A stretch of DNA of 64,000 nt from Squalus acanthias (GCA_030390025.1 CM059433.1:10108001-10172000), one strand, 5' to 3'. Numbered from the stretch's first letter, positions 35,407-48,240 are shown. Notes: generated by a model not told the origin, from the letters alone. A program made the numbers and translations.

Positions 35407-36133
35407 AACATCTCTGCCTGACTCTAAAATCATTTGAGTTTCAGAAGGAGTCTGTGCAACTACATTGCACTGTTGTCACAGATGACTACTGCGATGTAAC
35501 AGTGCCAAGTGTATTTACTTGTTGACTGAAATTTTCATATTAAAAATGTATTGACTTTATTTTTCTTTCAACTATTTTAGTTTGCATTTATTTTAACTGG
35601 CGAAAGATTGGAAATGGTGTACACCAGGGATAAATGCTGGGTCCAGGTTTGTTCTCGGTCAATATAAATGATTTGGTCTTGGGTATAAGGAACACAACCT
35701 TGAAAATCACTGATGATGCAAAAGTTGGAGGTTTGACAATCAGTGAGCTGAACGGTAAAAGACTTCAGGATGACATAGACAAGTTAGCAAAATGGGCAGA
35801 CTGGTGGCAGATGCAATTTAATTTGGATAAGTATAAGGTAATACACTTTGTGTTTTATAAATAGGTGTATAGAGTACAAGAATATAGAAGTAATGATGAA
35901 TTTATACAAAGCATTTATTAGGCCACAATGAGAGTACTGTGTGCAGTTTAGGGTGCCCCTTTACAGAAAGGATATTAAAACCATAGAGTGCGTACAGTAT
36001 AGATTCACCTGGATGTTAACAGGGATGGGAATCTATAGTTATGAGCAGAGACTTGAGATACCAGGACTATTTCCACTAGAACAGAGAAACCAAGAGGAGA
36101 TTTAATAGTAGTTTTTCAAATTCTGAAGGGAGT

Positions 36134-36962
36134 TGTTGTTGTTTCGTATGGCGAGAAAAGCTCATAATGGGCTGTTTAGTTTGCCGATCCATTCGATGGC
36201 CTCCTCAGACGACGAGTGGAGAAATGAGGTGCCTCCCGCAACAGATCTCAGTGGGCAGGTTGATGTGATGTGTTCCGTGGTCTGGGACTCATGGCCACAG
36301 TCGCACTTCGGGTCGTCCCCTCATCTTCCACTTGTGGAGCAGGAGGTCTCATCGTCCGTGCCCTGTGCGGATTGGGTTGAGCGCTGTCCATCGTCTCCGA
36401 GGGACCTCTGCTGTTGGGTCAGTGATGAGGTATTGGTTCTTTATGTTGCAGGCATCCCACGATTCTGTCCATCTGGATAGTTGGTCGATACCAGCTGCAC
36501 GAATATTGGCTGCTGTTTCCCAGAATGGCCGGCGCGATTTTAAGCGCTTTCGTGGTGGGTTTTTCAAGTCTTCGTGAACGGGAAGGTCGGTGTTGCTCAC
36601 GATTTTTTCCATCTCACGGAGCACGGTGGCGTCGCGGCGAATGGCAGGCGGGGCGATGTGGGGCAGCACCGGGAGCCACTCAGTTAGAGAGGGCTTGAGT
36701 GTCCCTGACACCATCCTCAGGGCGGCGTTTAGCTGCACGACCATGGTCTTTGTGTGGCGGCTGCAGGACCATGAGGCAGAGCAGTATTCGGCAGCAGAGT
36801 AGACTCAGGGCCACTATTGCGGTGCGAAGTGTTCTGGCTGTGTTGTCCCATGATGTTCCAGCGAATTTCCGGACCAGGTTCACCATGGTTTTTACTGTTT
36901 GGCCGCTGCTGGTGAGATGAGGCCAATAGGTGAGAGTCGCGTCCAGGGTGACGGCCAGGGAG
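36134..36962 (-). mobile_element. Vingi/Ingi-clade LINE 3' fragment
   Basis: LAVTLDATLTY..NLVRKFAGTSW..TLRTA; QLNAALRMVSGTLKP..WLPVL.HIAPPAIRR; RRRWTALNPIRTGHGR; CDCG..H..C knuckle; (CAA)n tail; 13-bp TSD TTCTGAAGGGAGT (36121-33, 36963-75). Confidence 0.75.
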
Positions 36963-36970
36963 TTCTGAAG

Positions 36971-37918
36971 GGAGTGAAATCGGTGTACACCAGGAGCACG
37001 AAAAAGGCACATAATGGGCCAGAAATTCGGCTCCCTGGCTTCCCGCGGGTGCAAGGATCGCGCGCGCACCTACCTACCGCGCCTGCCGTTGACCTCTGGG
37101 CCCACGGGGACTTCGGCTCCTGGGCCTCTCCCAACTGCCGGCGCGCAGTGCTTGTGTGTCCCAGGGGCGTAGTTAGTGCGATGTGTCCCCTGGGATCACG
37201 TGGGCCATGGAGAGCCAATGGCAGCAGACCATCTTTCATTCATAGATTTGACAGGAAGACCTGTCAAATCTATGAATACAGATCGGCCCCAAAACATCCC
37301 TAAAACTACAAATAAATTTTTAAAAAAACATCACATTTTTAAAATAACTATAAATTACGTTAATTAACCATTTTAAACAAAAATTTAAATTTTTGAAAAA
37401 ATTAATTACATTTTTTAACGGGGCTAAAACTAAACTTACCTTTCTTTAAAGTAATTAAAAAAATAAATCTGTGAAAAAAATGTTTAAATTTTAATAAAAT
37501 CAACACTTACCTTGTTAAAAGAAGGCCTTGCGCCTCCTTTTTCAAAGTGTATCTTCTCCGTGCTTACCCTCACGGAGGAACCTGTAAAAAAAACCAAAGT
37601 GCGAGGCGAACACGCTGGCCCTCCGGCGTGCGCATTCGACCTCTGAACCCCTTTCCTCAGGGGAACGGAAGTGCCGGTTTCCCGCGCATGCGCAGTGCAT
37701 GCAAGAAACCGACACTTTCGTTCCGTCCACGGGTGAGTACACAGTGCGTACTCACCCGACAACAGCCGAATTTCTGCCCCATTGAATCAGCAGCCCGTTT
37801 TACACCATCAATGGAAGTCATTGAAGTCAATAGAAAAGAAAATCAGGCACAGTGTAAAATGGGCCGCCGATTTGCTGCGAGCCTGTTTTGTGCTACCGGC
37901 AGAGACCAATTTTACTCC
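36971..37918. mobile_element. Small MITE (family B) hosting MITE A copy 2
   Basis: TIRs GGAGTGAAATCGGT / ACCAATTTTACTCC and a central cattgaagtcaat motif. Confidence 0.65.
37016..37780 (-). mobile_element. Harbinger-like MITE family A copy 2
   Basis: TIRs GGGCCAGAAATTCGGCT / AGCCGAATTTCTGCCCC; flanks AAT and ATT. Confidence 0.85.
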
Positions 37919-38342
37919 GATGAGTTTTAGTAGAGTGAATAGGGAAAGACTTTTTCCTCTGGGTGGGGAGTCAGTGACAAGGGGTCATCAATTTAAAAAT
38001 ATTAATAAGAGAGGGAAGACAGATGTTAGGAGAAAATTCTTTACACAGATTGTTGCTGGAACATGGAATGCTTTACCACAGGGAGTGGTTGAGGCAGAGA
38101 ACATTGCATCTTTTAAGAGAAAATTGGATAAATTTTGCCGAGAAAGATACAGGGCTGTGGGGAGAGAGCAAAGGCAGTGGGATTATCTTTGAATGGCCTT
38201 CTTCTGTACTGTGAACTTTGATGGTTCTATGATTAACTGTTTAACTAATTAAATCAAAACTCCGTGTAAGAGAAATGGGGCTTCACTGGGGAAGATAGTT
38301 ATCTGTTTAAATATGGCTTAAAATGTGAAGCATAGAGTCATA

Positions 38343-39057
38343 GGGCTGGATTTTCATTGACCCGTGGAGGTGGGTTTGGAGGCGTGTGGGGGGTTAAAAT
38401 TGCGAAAACTGGCGGGCGGGCACAAGTCCGCCTCCATCCCGCCTCCACGCAATTTTCATGAAATCGTGTCTGCTGGGCCCGACTCCGTCCCGCCTCTAAG
38501 AGGCGGGATAGGCTGTTAAGGCCCTTAACAAGCACTAAATTGGCTCTATAATGCCATTTTGAAAGGCCTTTGTGATTTTAACCCTTTTTCTACGTGAAGC
38601 ACGCCTGTTCTGAACCACGAATGTGAAACCTGGCGGGAGCATGGCTGGCTGGCTGGGCCGGCTGGCCGGCTGGCTGGCTGGGCCGACTGGCCGGCTGGCT
38701 GGCTGGCTGGCTGATCGATCTGGGAGTGGTGGTGGATGGGAGACATATCTGGCAGTGGTGGTGTAAAAATATCTGGGAGCAGACTTAGGGCTGCTGCTGC
38801 TCATCTTGCATCCAGGTCCTCTCACAGCAAAGGCCAGGCAGTCTTTGCAGACCTTCAATGCAGCAGCAATGATGACATCATCAGAGGCGACTTTCAGACT
38901 GAAAACACTAATTGGTTCATGGGTTCCCACATGCTGGAACTCAATTGCCCAATTAGGTGAAAATCGCATCAATCTCCCACATCCAATTGCAGTCAGGTGG
39001 ATAACACGAAAAGTGGATGACACGACCCCAACCCGCCCCAGTATCAAAATCTAGCCC
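38343..39057. mobile_element. Harbinger-like MITE with an internal (GGCT)n repeat
   Basis: TIRs GGGCTGGATTTT / AAAATCTAGCCC, perfect TSD ATA, (GGCT)n at ~38643-38712. Confidence 0.85.
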
Positions 39058-39428
39058 ATAGAGTTATACAGCACAGAAAGAGTCCCTTCGGCCCATCGTG
39101 TCTGCGCCGGCCATCAAGCCCTGTCTATTCTAATCCCATTATCCAGCACTTGGTCCGTAGCCTTGTATGCTATGGCATTTCAAGTGCTCATCTAAATGCT
39201 TCTTGAATGTTGTGAGGGTTCCTGCCTCTACCACCCTTTCAGGCAGTGAGTTCCAGATTTCAACCACCCTCTGGGTGAAAAGGTTTTTCCTCAAATCCCC
39301 TCTAAACCTCCTGCCCCTTATCTTGAAATAATGCCCCCTGGTTATTGACCCCTCTACTAAGGGGAAAAGTTCCTTTCTATCTACCCTATCTATGTCCCTC
39401 ATAATTTTGTACACCTCAATCAGGTCAT
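39058..39428 (-). mobile_element. CR1 3' fragment (tail continues at 38331-38342)
   Basis: YKIMRDIDRVDRKELFP..KNLFTQRVVEIWNSLP. Confidence 0.9.
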
Positions 39429-39524
39429 TTGAAAAGCATAGTTAAAGAACAACATATGCTTTGGATTTAAAAGTATGAAACATGGTTAATTTAGATATAA
39501 CTTAAGTATATTATACTAAGTATC

Positions 39525-39850
39525 CATCTTTCAGATGAGACGTTAAACCGAGGCCCCGTCAGCCTTTTCAAGTTGACTTAAAAGGTCCCGCGGCACTATT
39601 CAACGAAGAGCGGGGGAGTTCTCCCCAGTATCCTGGCCAATATTTATCCTTCAACTAACATCACTGAAACAAATTATCTGGTTGTTATCACGTTGCTGTT
39701 TGTGGGAGCTTGCTGTGTGCAAATTGGTTGCCGCGTTTCCTACATTAACAACAGTGACTCCACCTCAAAGTACTTCATTGGGTGTAAAGCACTTTGGGAC
39801 GTCCTGCAGTTGTGAAAGGTGCTATATAAATGCAAGTCTTTCTTCTTTTC
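39525..39850 (+). mobile_element. DeuSINE 3' portion
   Basis: Deu-domain and tail. Confidence 0.8.
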
Positions 39851-39989
39851 GTTCTTATGGTGTTAAATACAGGACTGCCGAGGAGGTAAATGCATTGCCA
39901 GTGTGGTACAAAGCCAGAAAGCTTCAAAGATCGATTTCCATTTTGTACTGAATTAACTGATCTTAACCTTCGGATTTCTGAGCGAACAA

Positions 39990-40680
39990 ATCACTAAAAG
40001 TTGTGACACAGGTTAGCAAGGCCATAAAAAAAGCGAATCAAACACTAGGGTTTATTTCTAGAGGGATAGAATTGAAAGGTAGTGAAGTTATGCTAAACCT
40101 GTATCGAACCTTGGTTAGACTACACTTAGAGTACTGCGTACAGTTCTGGTCACCATATTATAAAAAGGACATAGAGGCACTGGAGAGGGTGCAGAGAAGA
40201 TTTACAAGGATGATACCAGAAATGTGAGGGTATACATATCAGGAAAGGATGAACAGGCTGGGTCTCTTTTCCCTTGAAAAAAGAAGGCCGAGGGGTGACC
40301 TAATAGAGGTCTTTAAAATTATGAAAAATTTTGATAGAGTGGATACAGAGAGAATGTTTCCACTTGTGGGGAAGAGCATAATTAGAGGCCATCAATATAA
40401 GATAGTCAACAAGAAATCCAATAGGGAATTCAGAAGAAACTTCTTTACCCAAAGAGTGGTGAGAATGTGGATCTCGCTACCACAGTGAGTGGTTGAAGCG
40501 AATAGTATGGATGCATTTAAGGGGAGGCTAGACAAACATATGAGGGAGAAGGGAATAGAGGGTTACGCTGATAGATTTAGATGAGGAAAGACAGGAGGAG
40601 GCTCGAGTGGAGCATAAACGCCGGCATGGACTGGTTGGGCCGAATGGCTTGTTTCTGTGCCGTATATCCGATGTAATCCT
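39990..40680 (+). mobile_element. CR1 3' fragment
   Basis: [34 protein letters not shown]. Confidence 0.9.
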
Positions 40681-41021
40681 AAGGAGGATAAAAAATAGAT
40701 GAGCTTCCCATAAAGGCCCGTTGGTGTGACCCCATTGTCACCCCAGCTGATTCTCGTGGGGGTCAAACCCTGAGGGCCGATTTTACGAATGTGCGTTCTT
40801 GCTGAGCATATCGCTGGAAATCTCAGCTGTGCACCCCATGACTTTCTGTCCATTAATAGGAGCGCACTCAAGCTTTCGTGGTGTGCACTTTCAGTGGCCG
40901 AGGGCCCCAGGGTGGAGCAGAATGTCATAAAATTGTACCTCTCGGACCTTTTTCTAGTCTGCGTGGTTAAGTACAAGACCATGCGGTTTATTTGCCCACT
41001 GAGCCATTGGGGAAAGTGGCA

Positions 41022-41938
41022 GGGGTAGACCTTGACTTTGTGTAAAACAAGTGATAACGAGCCGGCAGCCCTTTTTACATCCCTCCCGAGTTTTATTTCC
41101 ATTGAAGTCAGTGCAAATATAAATCGGGAGAGATCTAAAATACATTGGCCCAAAAATTCGGCCGTTCCCGGGTGAGTACACAGTCCGTACTCACCCGTAT
41201 TCAGTCCCAAAGTGCCGGTTTCCTGCATGCACTGCGCATGCGCCGGAAACCGGAACTTCCGGTATGGTGAAGGGGGCGGTTCCTAGGTGAACCGCGTGCG
41301 CGCTAGAGGCTGCGCGCACGCAGCACACTTAGGTATTTTTTCAGGTTTTAACGCGAGGGTAAGTATTGAAGATTCTACGCTAGTAAAAAGGAGGCGTAAG
41401 ACCCCTTTTGAACAAGGTAAGTAGTTAATTAAGTGTAATTTTAAAAAATTTTCAACAGGTTTATCTTTTTTAGAACTTTAACGAAAGCTAAGTTTATTTT
41501 TATAACTTTTAAAAAGTATTTTAATTTTTTCAAAAATTTAAATTTTTGTTTAAAGTGGTTAATTTATTTAACTATAGTTATTTTATAAATGTGATGGGTT
41601 TTTAAAAAAATTTATTTGAAGTTTAGCTGTTCTTTTGGGGCCGATTTCAATTCACAGATTTGACAGGTCTCCTGTCAAATCTATGAATGAAAGATGGTCT
41701 GCTGCCATTGGCTCTCCATGGCCCACGTGATCCCAGGGGTCGCATCGCACTAACTGCGCCCCTGGGACACGCAAGCACTGCGCGCCGGCTCTTGGGAGAG
41801 GCCCAGGACCCGAAGTTCCTGTGGGCCCAAAACACAACGGCAGGCGCGGTGGGTAAGAGCGCGCGCGATCCTTACCCCCGCGGCAAGCCGGCCACGTGAA
41901 TTTCTAGGCCATTATCCCATAAAGTCAAGATCTACCCC
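41022..41938. mobile_element. Small MITE (family B-like) hosting MITE A copy 3
   Basis: TIRs GGGGTAGACCTTGACTTT / AAAGTCAAGATCTACCCC and a cattgaagtca core. Confidence 0.75.
41147..41910 (+). mobile_element. Harbinger-like MITE family A copy 3
   Basis: TIRs GGCCCAAAAATTC / GAATTTCTAGGCC; perfect TSD ATT. Confidence 0.88.
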
Positions 41939-43025
41939 ATTGTTTCTATGCAGGCATTCTTGTGCTTGTGCAGTACAAAAGATAAATGAATATTATATCC
42001 TGACTTGAATCTTCAGATAGGTGGTCTGATCTAAAGCACATGGCTATTAAGAGCGACAAAGTAAAAACAACAAGCCCAAAACAATCATTTATTAATTTAT
42101 AAACATCTTGTCTGTTGTTGGATTTTCGCAGCTGATTATAAAGAACCACCCTCACCGTCAGTACCCCAATTCACCATTTATCTTGTAGATGGCAGCCAAA
42201 GACCTTTGTCAGCTTGAATAAAGTGGGAAGTCAAAAATACACATGAGAAAAAAATGACCTTGTGATAAGAATTTAACACAGGGATAAAAAAAACTAGCAG
42301 GAATAAGAGTAATAGTCCCGCCACTAAAAGCATCACTGTGCAGACTCCAACCTGTCAACAGAGACCTTTATACCAGAGGGATTATGTGACTGTAGAAGAA
42401 TCTCTGCTCATCAACATTTTAGCCTGAATATTACTCAGTGTGCTATTGGTATCCGTACACTTAATATGGTCATATGAAATGACTTTGTTATTTGAAAAGA
42501 AGAATGATCCCATTTATTTTGTTTAACTGCCGTTGGCTAATATCACACAACATAATTTCTAGTCTTAAAAGTATTTTGAAAGGCTCCAACCAGCTAATCC
42601 CTCCCCCTTCACCCTGGCCTAAATGTATTATTCTGTCACTTTTATCTCCTGTCTTGCATCTCTGCCCTGTGTCAGTTTGGAGGGCATTGTTTGGACAGAT
42701 GCGATTACTGCAGCAGCTTAAGCCATTGCTCTAATGAATAACCTGACTACTAGCCTAATAGACAGAAAAAATATGAATCTGCGCTCAGTTAGCTGATCTC
42801 AGCCAGGGTGCCACAACCCTCCTGACCAGGATATCCTGTACCTGATTGCTATCCAGTCAATTCTACTGGAGAGGGTGTGTGGGTGGATGCCAGGTTATAA
42901 TGCAGGTGCTTCAGGTAGTCATCTTCAATAACAATAATAAAAAATACAACGCATGATTGAAAATACAAAACTGGCTACTTGAAAGCATCAACAATAGGCT
43001 ACATATCACCTCCAGGCTTCTCTCT

Positions 43026-43495
43026 GTGTCAGCTGTGGCTCAGTGGGTAGCACACTCACCTCTGAGTCAGAAGGTTGTGTGTTCACAGTCCCCACTCCAG
43101 AGACTTGAGCACATAAAGCTAACCTGACACTCCAGTGCAGTGCTGAGGGAGTGCCGCACTGTCAGAGGTGCCGTCTTTCAGATGAGATGTCAAACCGAGG
43201 CCCTGTCTGTTCTCTCGGGTGGATGTAAAAGATCCCGTGGCACTATTTCAAAGAAGAGCAAGGGCGCTATCCCCGGTGTCCTGGCCAATATTTATCCCTC
43301 ATATAACAAAAACAGATTATCTGGTCATTATCACATTGCTGTTTGTGGGAGCTTGCTGTGCGCAAATTGGCTGCCGCGTTTCCCACATTACAACAGTGAA
43401 TACACTCCAAAAAGTACTTCATTGGCTGTAAAGCGCTTTGAGACGTCTGGTGGTCGTGAAAGGCGCTATATAAATGCAAGTCTTTCTTTTTCTTT
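43026..43495 (+). mobile_element. Full-length DeuSINE
   Basis: Homologue of 25937-26410. Confidence 0.9.
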
Positions 43496-43854
43496 TCTCT
43501 GTTACTCTGTTCTCTCTGCATATCAATGACTTTCTCGCTTATCATCCAACCCTATCCATTGTTTTATTGATGATTCCACTCTGCAATCATCAAGGTCCTT
43601 CAGATCTCACAACTTCAGTGTTCACAGCCTCCAGTGTAATGGCTGAATCACTCCATATATTGATCTCCTTCATACTTTTCGATGGTGCAATGAAACCTTG
43701 TTTGTTTCAATTCTTCAAACTCTATCCCAGTCTAACCAACAGTTGTCAGCAAGGATTGTCCCTGGCGGTGCAATTGCTGATGATAGTGTGGCATGGTGGG
43801 GTGGGATTTCTGCCCATGCGCTCATCCCAGTGAATTTCCCATGGTTCGTTTAAT

Positions 43855-44520
43855 AGCAGGCCAGGTAGATAAGGTGGTTAAGAAGGCATACGGAATACTT
43901 GGCTTTATTAGCCGAGGCATAGAACACAAGAGCAGGGAGGTTATGCTTAAACTGTATCAAACACTAGTTAGGCCACAGCTAGAGTACTGTGTGCAGTTCT
44001 GGTCACCACATTACAGGAAAGATGTGATTGCACTAGAGAGGGTACAGAGGAGATTTACGAGGATGTTGCCTGGACTGGAGAATTTTAGCTATGAGGAAAG
44101 ATTGGATAGGCTGGGTTTGTTTTCTTTGGAACAGAGGAGGCTGAGGGGGGGCCTAATTGAGGTGTATAAAATTATGAGGGGCCTAGATAGAGTGGACAGG
44201 AAGGACCTATTTCCCTTAGCAGAGGGGTCAACAACCAGGGGGCACAGATTTAAAGTAATTGGTAGGAGGTTTAGAGGAGATTTGAGGGGAAATTTCTTCA
44301 CCCAGAGGGTGGTGGGGGTCTGGAACTCACTGCCTGAAAGGGTGGAAGAGGCAGAGACCCTCAGCACATTTTAAAAGTACTTGATTATGCACTTGAAGTG
44401 CCGTAACCTACAAGGCTACGGACTAAGTGCTGGAAAGTGGGATTAGGCTGGGTAGCTCTTTGTTGGCCGGCATGGACACGATGGGTCGAAATGGCCTCCT
44501 TCCGTGCTGTAAATTTCAAA
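43855..44520 (+). mobile_element. CR1 3' fragment
   Basis: QVDKVVKKAYGILGFI..LVRPQLEYC..GNFFTQRVVGVWNSLP. Confidence 0.9.
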
Positions 44521-45059
44521 ATTTCTAAAATAATTTTTGACTCCCTGGATGGTTTTCCACCTCAGATTGGGAGCTCGTCACTAGGGGTGAGGGGGGTGGT
44601 GGGGTGGCGGGGGGGGGGGCGCAATGGCAAGGGTTTTGTAGCAGCTCAAAAGATCAATCATCTCTGGGAGAACTTTGGATTACAGGGAAGGGAAAGCTTG
44701 CTCACAGTGGCAGATTGGGGCTTCTGGATGGCAAGTCCCCAAAGATTTTAGTGGGAGCAATCAATGTCTTGTTGTGGGAAATGTGATGCGGAGGGAAAAG
44801 TCTTGGCCAAGGAACTGCCTGGGCTCAATGGAAGGTGGTGGCTTTGACAGTTAGTGACTCCCTAGATGACTATTCAGTTTGAGAAGAATTTTAGTGACCT
44901 GATCAGGTCAGGCATGGTAAGAAGAGTCAGCCAAACCTTCCAAGAATGCACTGTGTTAACCATGTTTGCCACTTACAGCCACACTGCCCTTATTGTGTTA
45001 AGGTGCTTAAGAGCTTACATGAATGTCCAGGATGTTCTGTGGAGCCCTTTATACTTCCA

Positions 45060-46745
45060 GCCATCATCTACAAATATTACTTTGTGGCGGATCGCCACCT
45101 AAACGGGCGCAATCCACTTTTCCATCTGTGGACAATAAATCGGGCACCTTGCCTTTAAGGCGCATGCTGCCTTTAAGGCATGAAAAAAGGAGTGGGCGTC
45201 GCCCTCAGTGTGAACTTAAAAAGAGTGGGCGTCGCCCTCAAGCAGGAGTAGGGTTTTGCAGAGAGAAGTTGTAGCAGCCATTTTGCCAAGGAGTATGTAA
45301 TTAAAAGCCATGTGCTCCACATATTGACTCGGCCTCAATTCGTGCTTCGCGGCAGCCACAACAACTTCACTTACAGCTTTCCACGCATAGACTGCACAGA
45401 AAATTCACATGATATTTTGTTGCTCATTTTCTGCATACGTTGTTACCCTATTCTGGTCTGCCTGCTGATACCTATGTTGGACTGTATGTCATGGCAATCA
45501 GAGGACAATTACACTGCATATATTCTTCTTAAGGACAGCCCATAGCACACGGGAAAGATTGGGCACAGGTGGAGGTTCAATCAACCTCTGACCTCTCACT
45601 ACCCACGAGGAGGAATCTTAGAAACTCTTGGGGTAGGCAGACAATGGGGACGTCAGAAGGTCGGTGACAGTTGCAGGTTTGTCATGGCATTCTGAACCTG
45701 TTCCTTGGTGCACCTTAGCACCACGCATAATCTGTCAGAAAGCTGCATTATAAACCCTCCAGTAACTCCTTCTGTTGCAAGTCACATATGAAATCTGCTC
45801 CTCTGCAACCACTTTGAAGCTCTCTGCTTCTTCTTCTCCAGGTGTACACAGCAAGAAGAAGGAGAGCAGGATGATGAAGATCTGGCAGACCCCTCGGCTT
45901 CAAGCCCTGCCAGCATTGCTATAAATGTGAGAAGTCGCACAACACCAGGTTATAGTCCAACAGTTTTATTTGAAATCACAAGCTTTCGGAGCTGCTGCTC
46001 CTTTGTCAGGAGCAGATCTCCGAAAGCTTGTGATTTCAAATAAAACTGTTGGACTATAACCTGGTGTTGTGCGACTTCTCACATTTGTCCACCCCAGTCC
46101 AACACCGGCATCTCCGCATCATAGCATTGCTATAAGTCACCCTCTCCCTGTCTAGCACCAGCCCAGAGGTATCCACACAATGACGACAGATAGTGAGTCA
46201 GAGGTGAGTGCAAGAGGGTGACAGACAGAGCATGAGTGGGCCATTGGAGGTGTTTGGGGGGCGGGGGGGATGGAAGATGAGGATGCAGGTATTCTTGGCT
46301 GAAGGATCAGAAGGCATCTACCCTCAGCGAAAAAGCCTTGAGAACCAGGTCTCAGAGGTCTTGCTTTAAAGAGAAGGATGCCCGCAGAGCATCACATGCA
46401 CGTGCAGACAATAGGGAAAGTTTTGCAGAATGTGCAGCAGAGGGTAGGACAAGGGGAAGAGTCCACAACCAACATCTGTGGTAGTATGAGGAATGGCTTC
46501 ACAGCGCGGCAGACCATTCTGAAGCACGTGGGTGGCAGCAGGTGGGCGCCATATGCATACTGTCGGGCCTGACTGGCTTGGCCTTGGTCATCATAGTCCT
46601 CCAATTGCAAAATAAGGAATTCACAAATCTTTCCAAACAGCCTGCTGGGATCCTTTGAATGAATTTCTACCTTTTCTAGCGCCTAGCAGCACTGGACTCC
46701 TGTTTTATATGAGGGATCATTACTACAGGAGGTAAGTTAAGTGGT
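45060..46745 (+). mobile_element. Highly decayed Harbinger Myb-gene remnant
   Basis: gggcacaggtggagg..ctcactacccacgaggagg resembles the TGGG..LT..EE exon of Harbinger Myb proteins, followed by an acidic segment after an acceptor at ~45841. Weak evidence. Confidence 0.4.
45925..46122. mobile_element. Penelope hairpin insertion (inverted terminal-repeat pair)
   Basis: About 65-bp perfect inverted arms, a 3' extension, and a 13-bp TSD AGCATTGCTATAA (45912-24, 46123-35). Confidence 0.92.
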
Positions 46746-46770
46746 AATGTTAGCAAAATGTTCATCTACC

Positions 46771-47065
46771 GTGTCAGCCTTGGCTCACTGGAAGCATGCT
46801 CACCTCTGAATCAGAAGGTTGCGGGTTTAAGTCCCACTTAGCCATCGGGGTCCTCAGCTCTGGCAACTGATCATGTTTCCTCCCTAAACCTCTCCTCCTT
46901 TAAGACGCTCCTTATTACCTACCTGTTTGACAAAGCTTTTAGTCACCAGTCCTAATATCTGCTTCTCTGGCTCATTGTCAATTTTTGTCTGATTGCACTC
47001 CTGTGAAGCACCTTGGGACGTTTTACTGCATTAAAGGTGCTATATAAATGCACATTGTTGTTGCT
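46771..47065 (+). mobile_element. DeuSINE head followed by an L2 3' fragment
   Basis: gtgtcagccttggctcactgg..gtcccact, then the L2 tail aaaggtgctatataaatgcacattgttgttg. Confidence 0.7.
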
Positions 47066-47269
47066 TATCACACTAGAAATGAGGCTCATTCTCATCAAGC
47101 CATGTATTTGATCACAGAAAGCGTATTTAGGGTATTTATGACATGGTTGCACTGTTTAGACTTCATTGAAGAAAAGTAACGTAGGTGTAATCTTGACAGC
47201 ACTGACAGAACCTTCCCTGTGCTGGAACTGGTTTGCAAGTCTTGCTGCAGAAGAATGCGTTACTATTTT

Positions 47270-47518
47270 TGGCTCAGTGGGTAGCACCCTCGCCTCTGAG
47301 TCAGAAGGTTGTGGGTTCAAGTCCCACTCCAGGGACTTGAGCACATAAAGCTAGGCTGACACTCCAGTGCAGCGCTGAGGGAGTGCTGCACTGTCAGAGG
47401 TGCCGTCTTTCTGATGAGACGTTAAGCCAAGGCCCCGTCTGCTCTCTCAGGTGGACGTAAACGATCCCAAGGCACTATTTTGAAGAAGAGCAGGGGGGAG
47501 TTCTCCCCGGTGTCCTTG
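47270..47518 (+). mobile_element. DeuSINE 5' portion
   Basis: Box A, box B and the Deu-domain. Confidence 0.85.
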
Positions 47519-47724
47519 TAAAGGAATAGCCATATTTCAGAAAAATACACCATCCTATGCAGAAAAAACACCAATGTACCCTTCATAACAAGGACCAAAC
47601 TGAAAGAACAGGCCTCCCTTACAGTCCTTGTTTTACACGGGCAATTTGATTATCGGGATTGTTCTAGGGATTATAATATGAGGAAGTCCCCACATTAGAA
47701 TAATAATCAGGCCTTTAATGAGTG

Positions 47725-48240
47725 GATATACTTGCATTGGAGGCAGTTCAGGGACGATTCACTAAGTTAATTCCAGAGATGAAGGGGTTGACTTATGAAG
47801 AAAGGTTGAGCAGGTTGGGCCTATATTCATTGGAATTTAGAAGAATGAGTGGTGATCTTATTGAAACATATAAGATACTGAGGGGGCTCGACAAGGTAGA
47901 TGCAGAGAGGATGTTTCCCCTCGTGGGGAAATCTAGAACTCGGGGGCATAGTTTCAGAATAAAGGGTCGCCCTTTTAGAACTGAGATGAGGAGGGATTTC
48001 TTCTCTCAGAGGGTTGTAAATCTGTGGAATTCTCTGCCCCAGAGAGCTGTGGAGGCTGGGTCATTAAATACACTTAAGGTGGAGATAGAAGATTTTTGCA
48101 AGATAAGGGAGTGAAGGGTTATGGGGAGCGGGCAGGGAAGTGGCTTTGAGCCCAAGATCAGCCATGATCTTATTGAATGGCGGAGCAGGCTCGAGGGGCC
48201 AAGTGGCCTATTCCTGCTCCTATTTCTTATGTTCTTATGA
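47725..48240 (+). mobile_element. CR1 3' fragment
   Basis: ORF 47722-48114 and an (ttcttatg)n tail. Confidence 0.9.

Larger units (their letters stand above)
35590..38235 (+). mobile_element. Old CR1 fragment (35590-36128 plus ~37920-38235) split by three insertions
   Basis: MLGPGLF..INDL..ITDD..LQDDIDKLAKWADWWQMQFN on the left; RGHQF..RKFFTQIVAGTWNALP on the right. Confidence 0.8.

Noticed and set aside
34199..35411. CRISPR array or Gly/Arg-rich protein
   Set aside because: Contiguous tandem units with no unique spacers, no cas genes and a eukaryotic context. The ORFs arise from the stop-free repeat.
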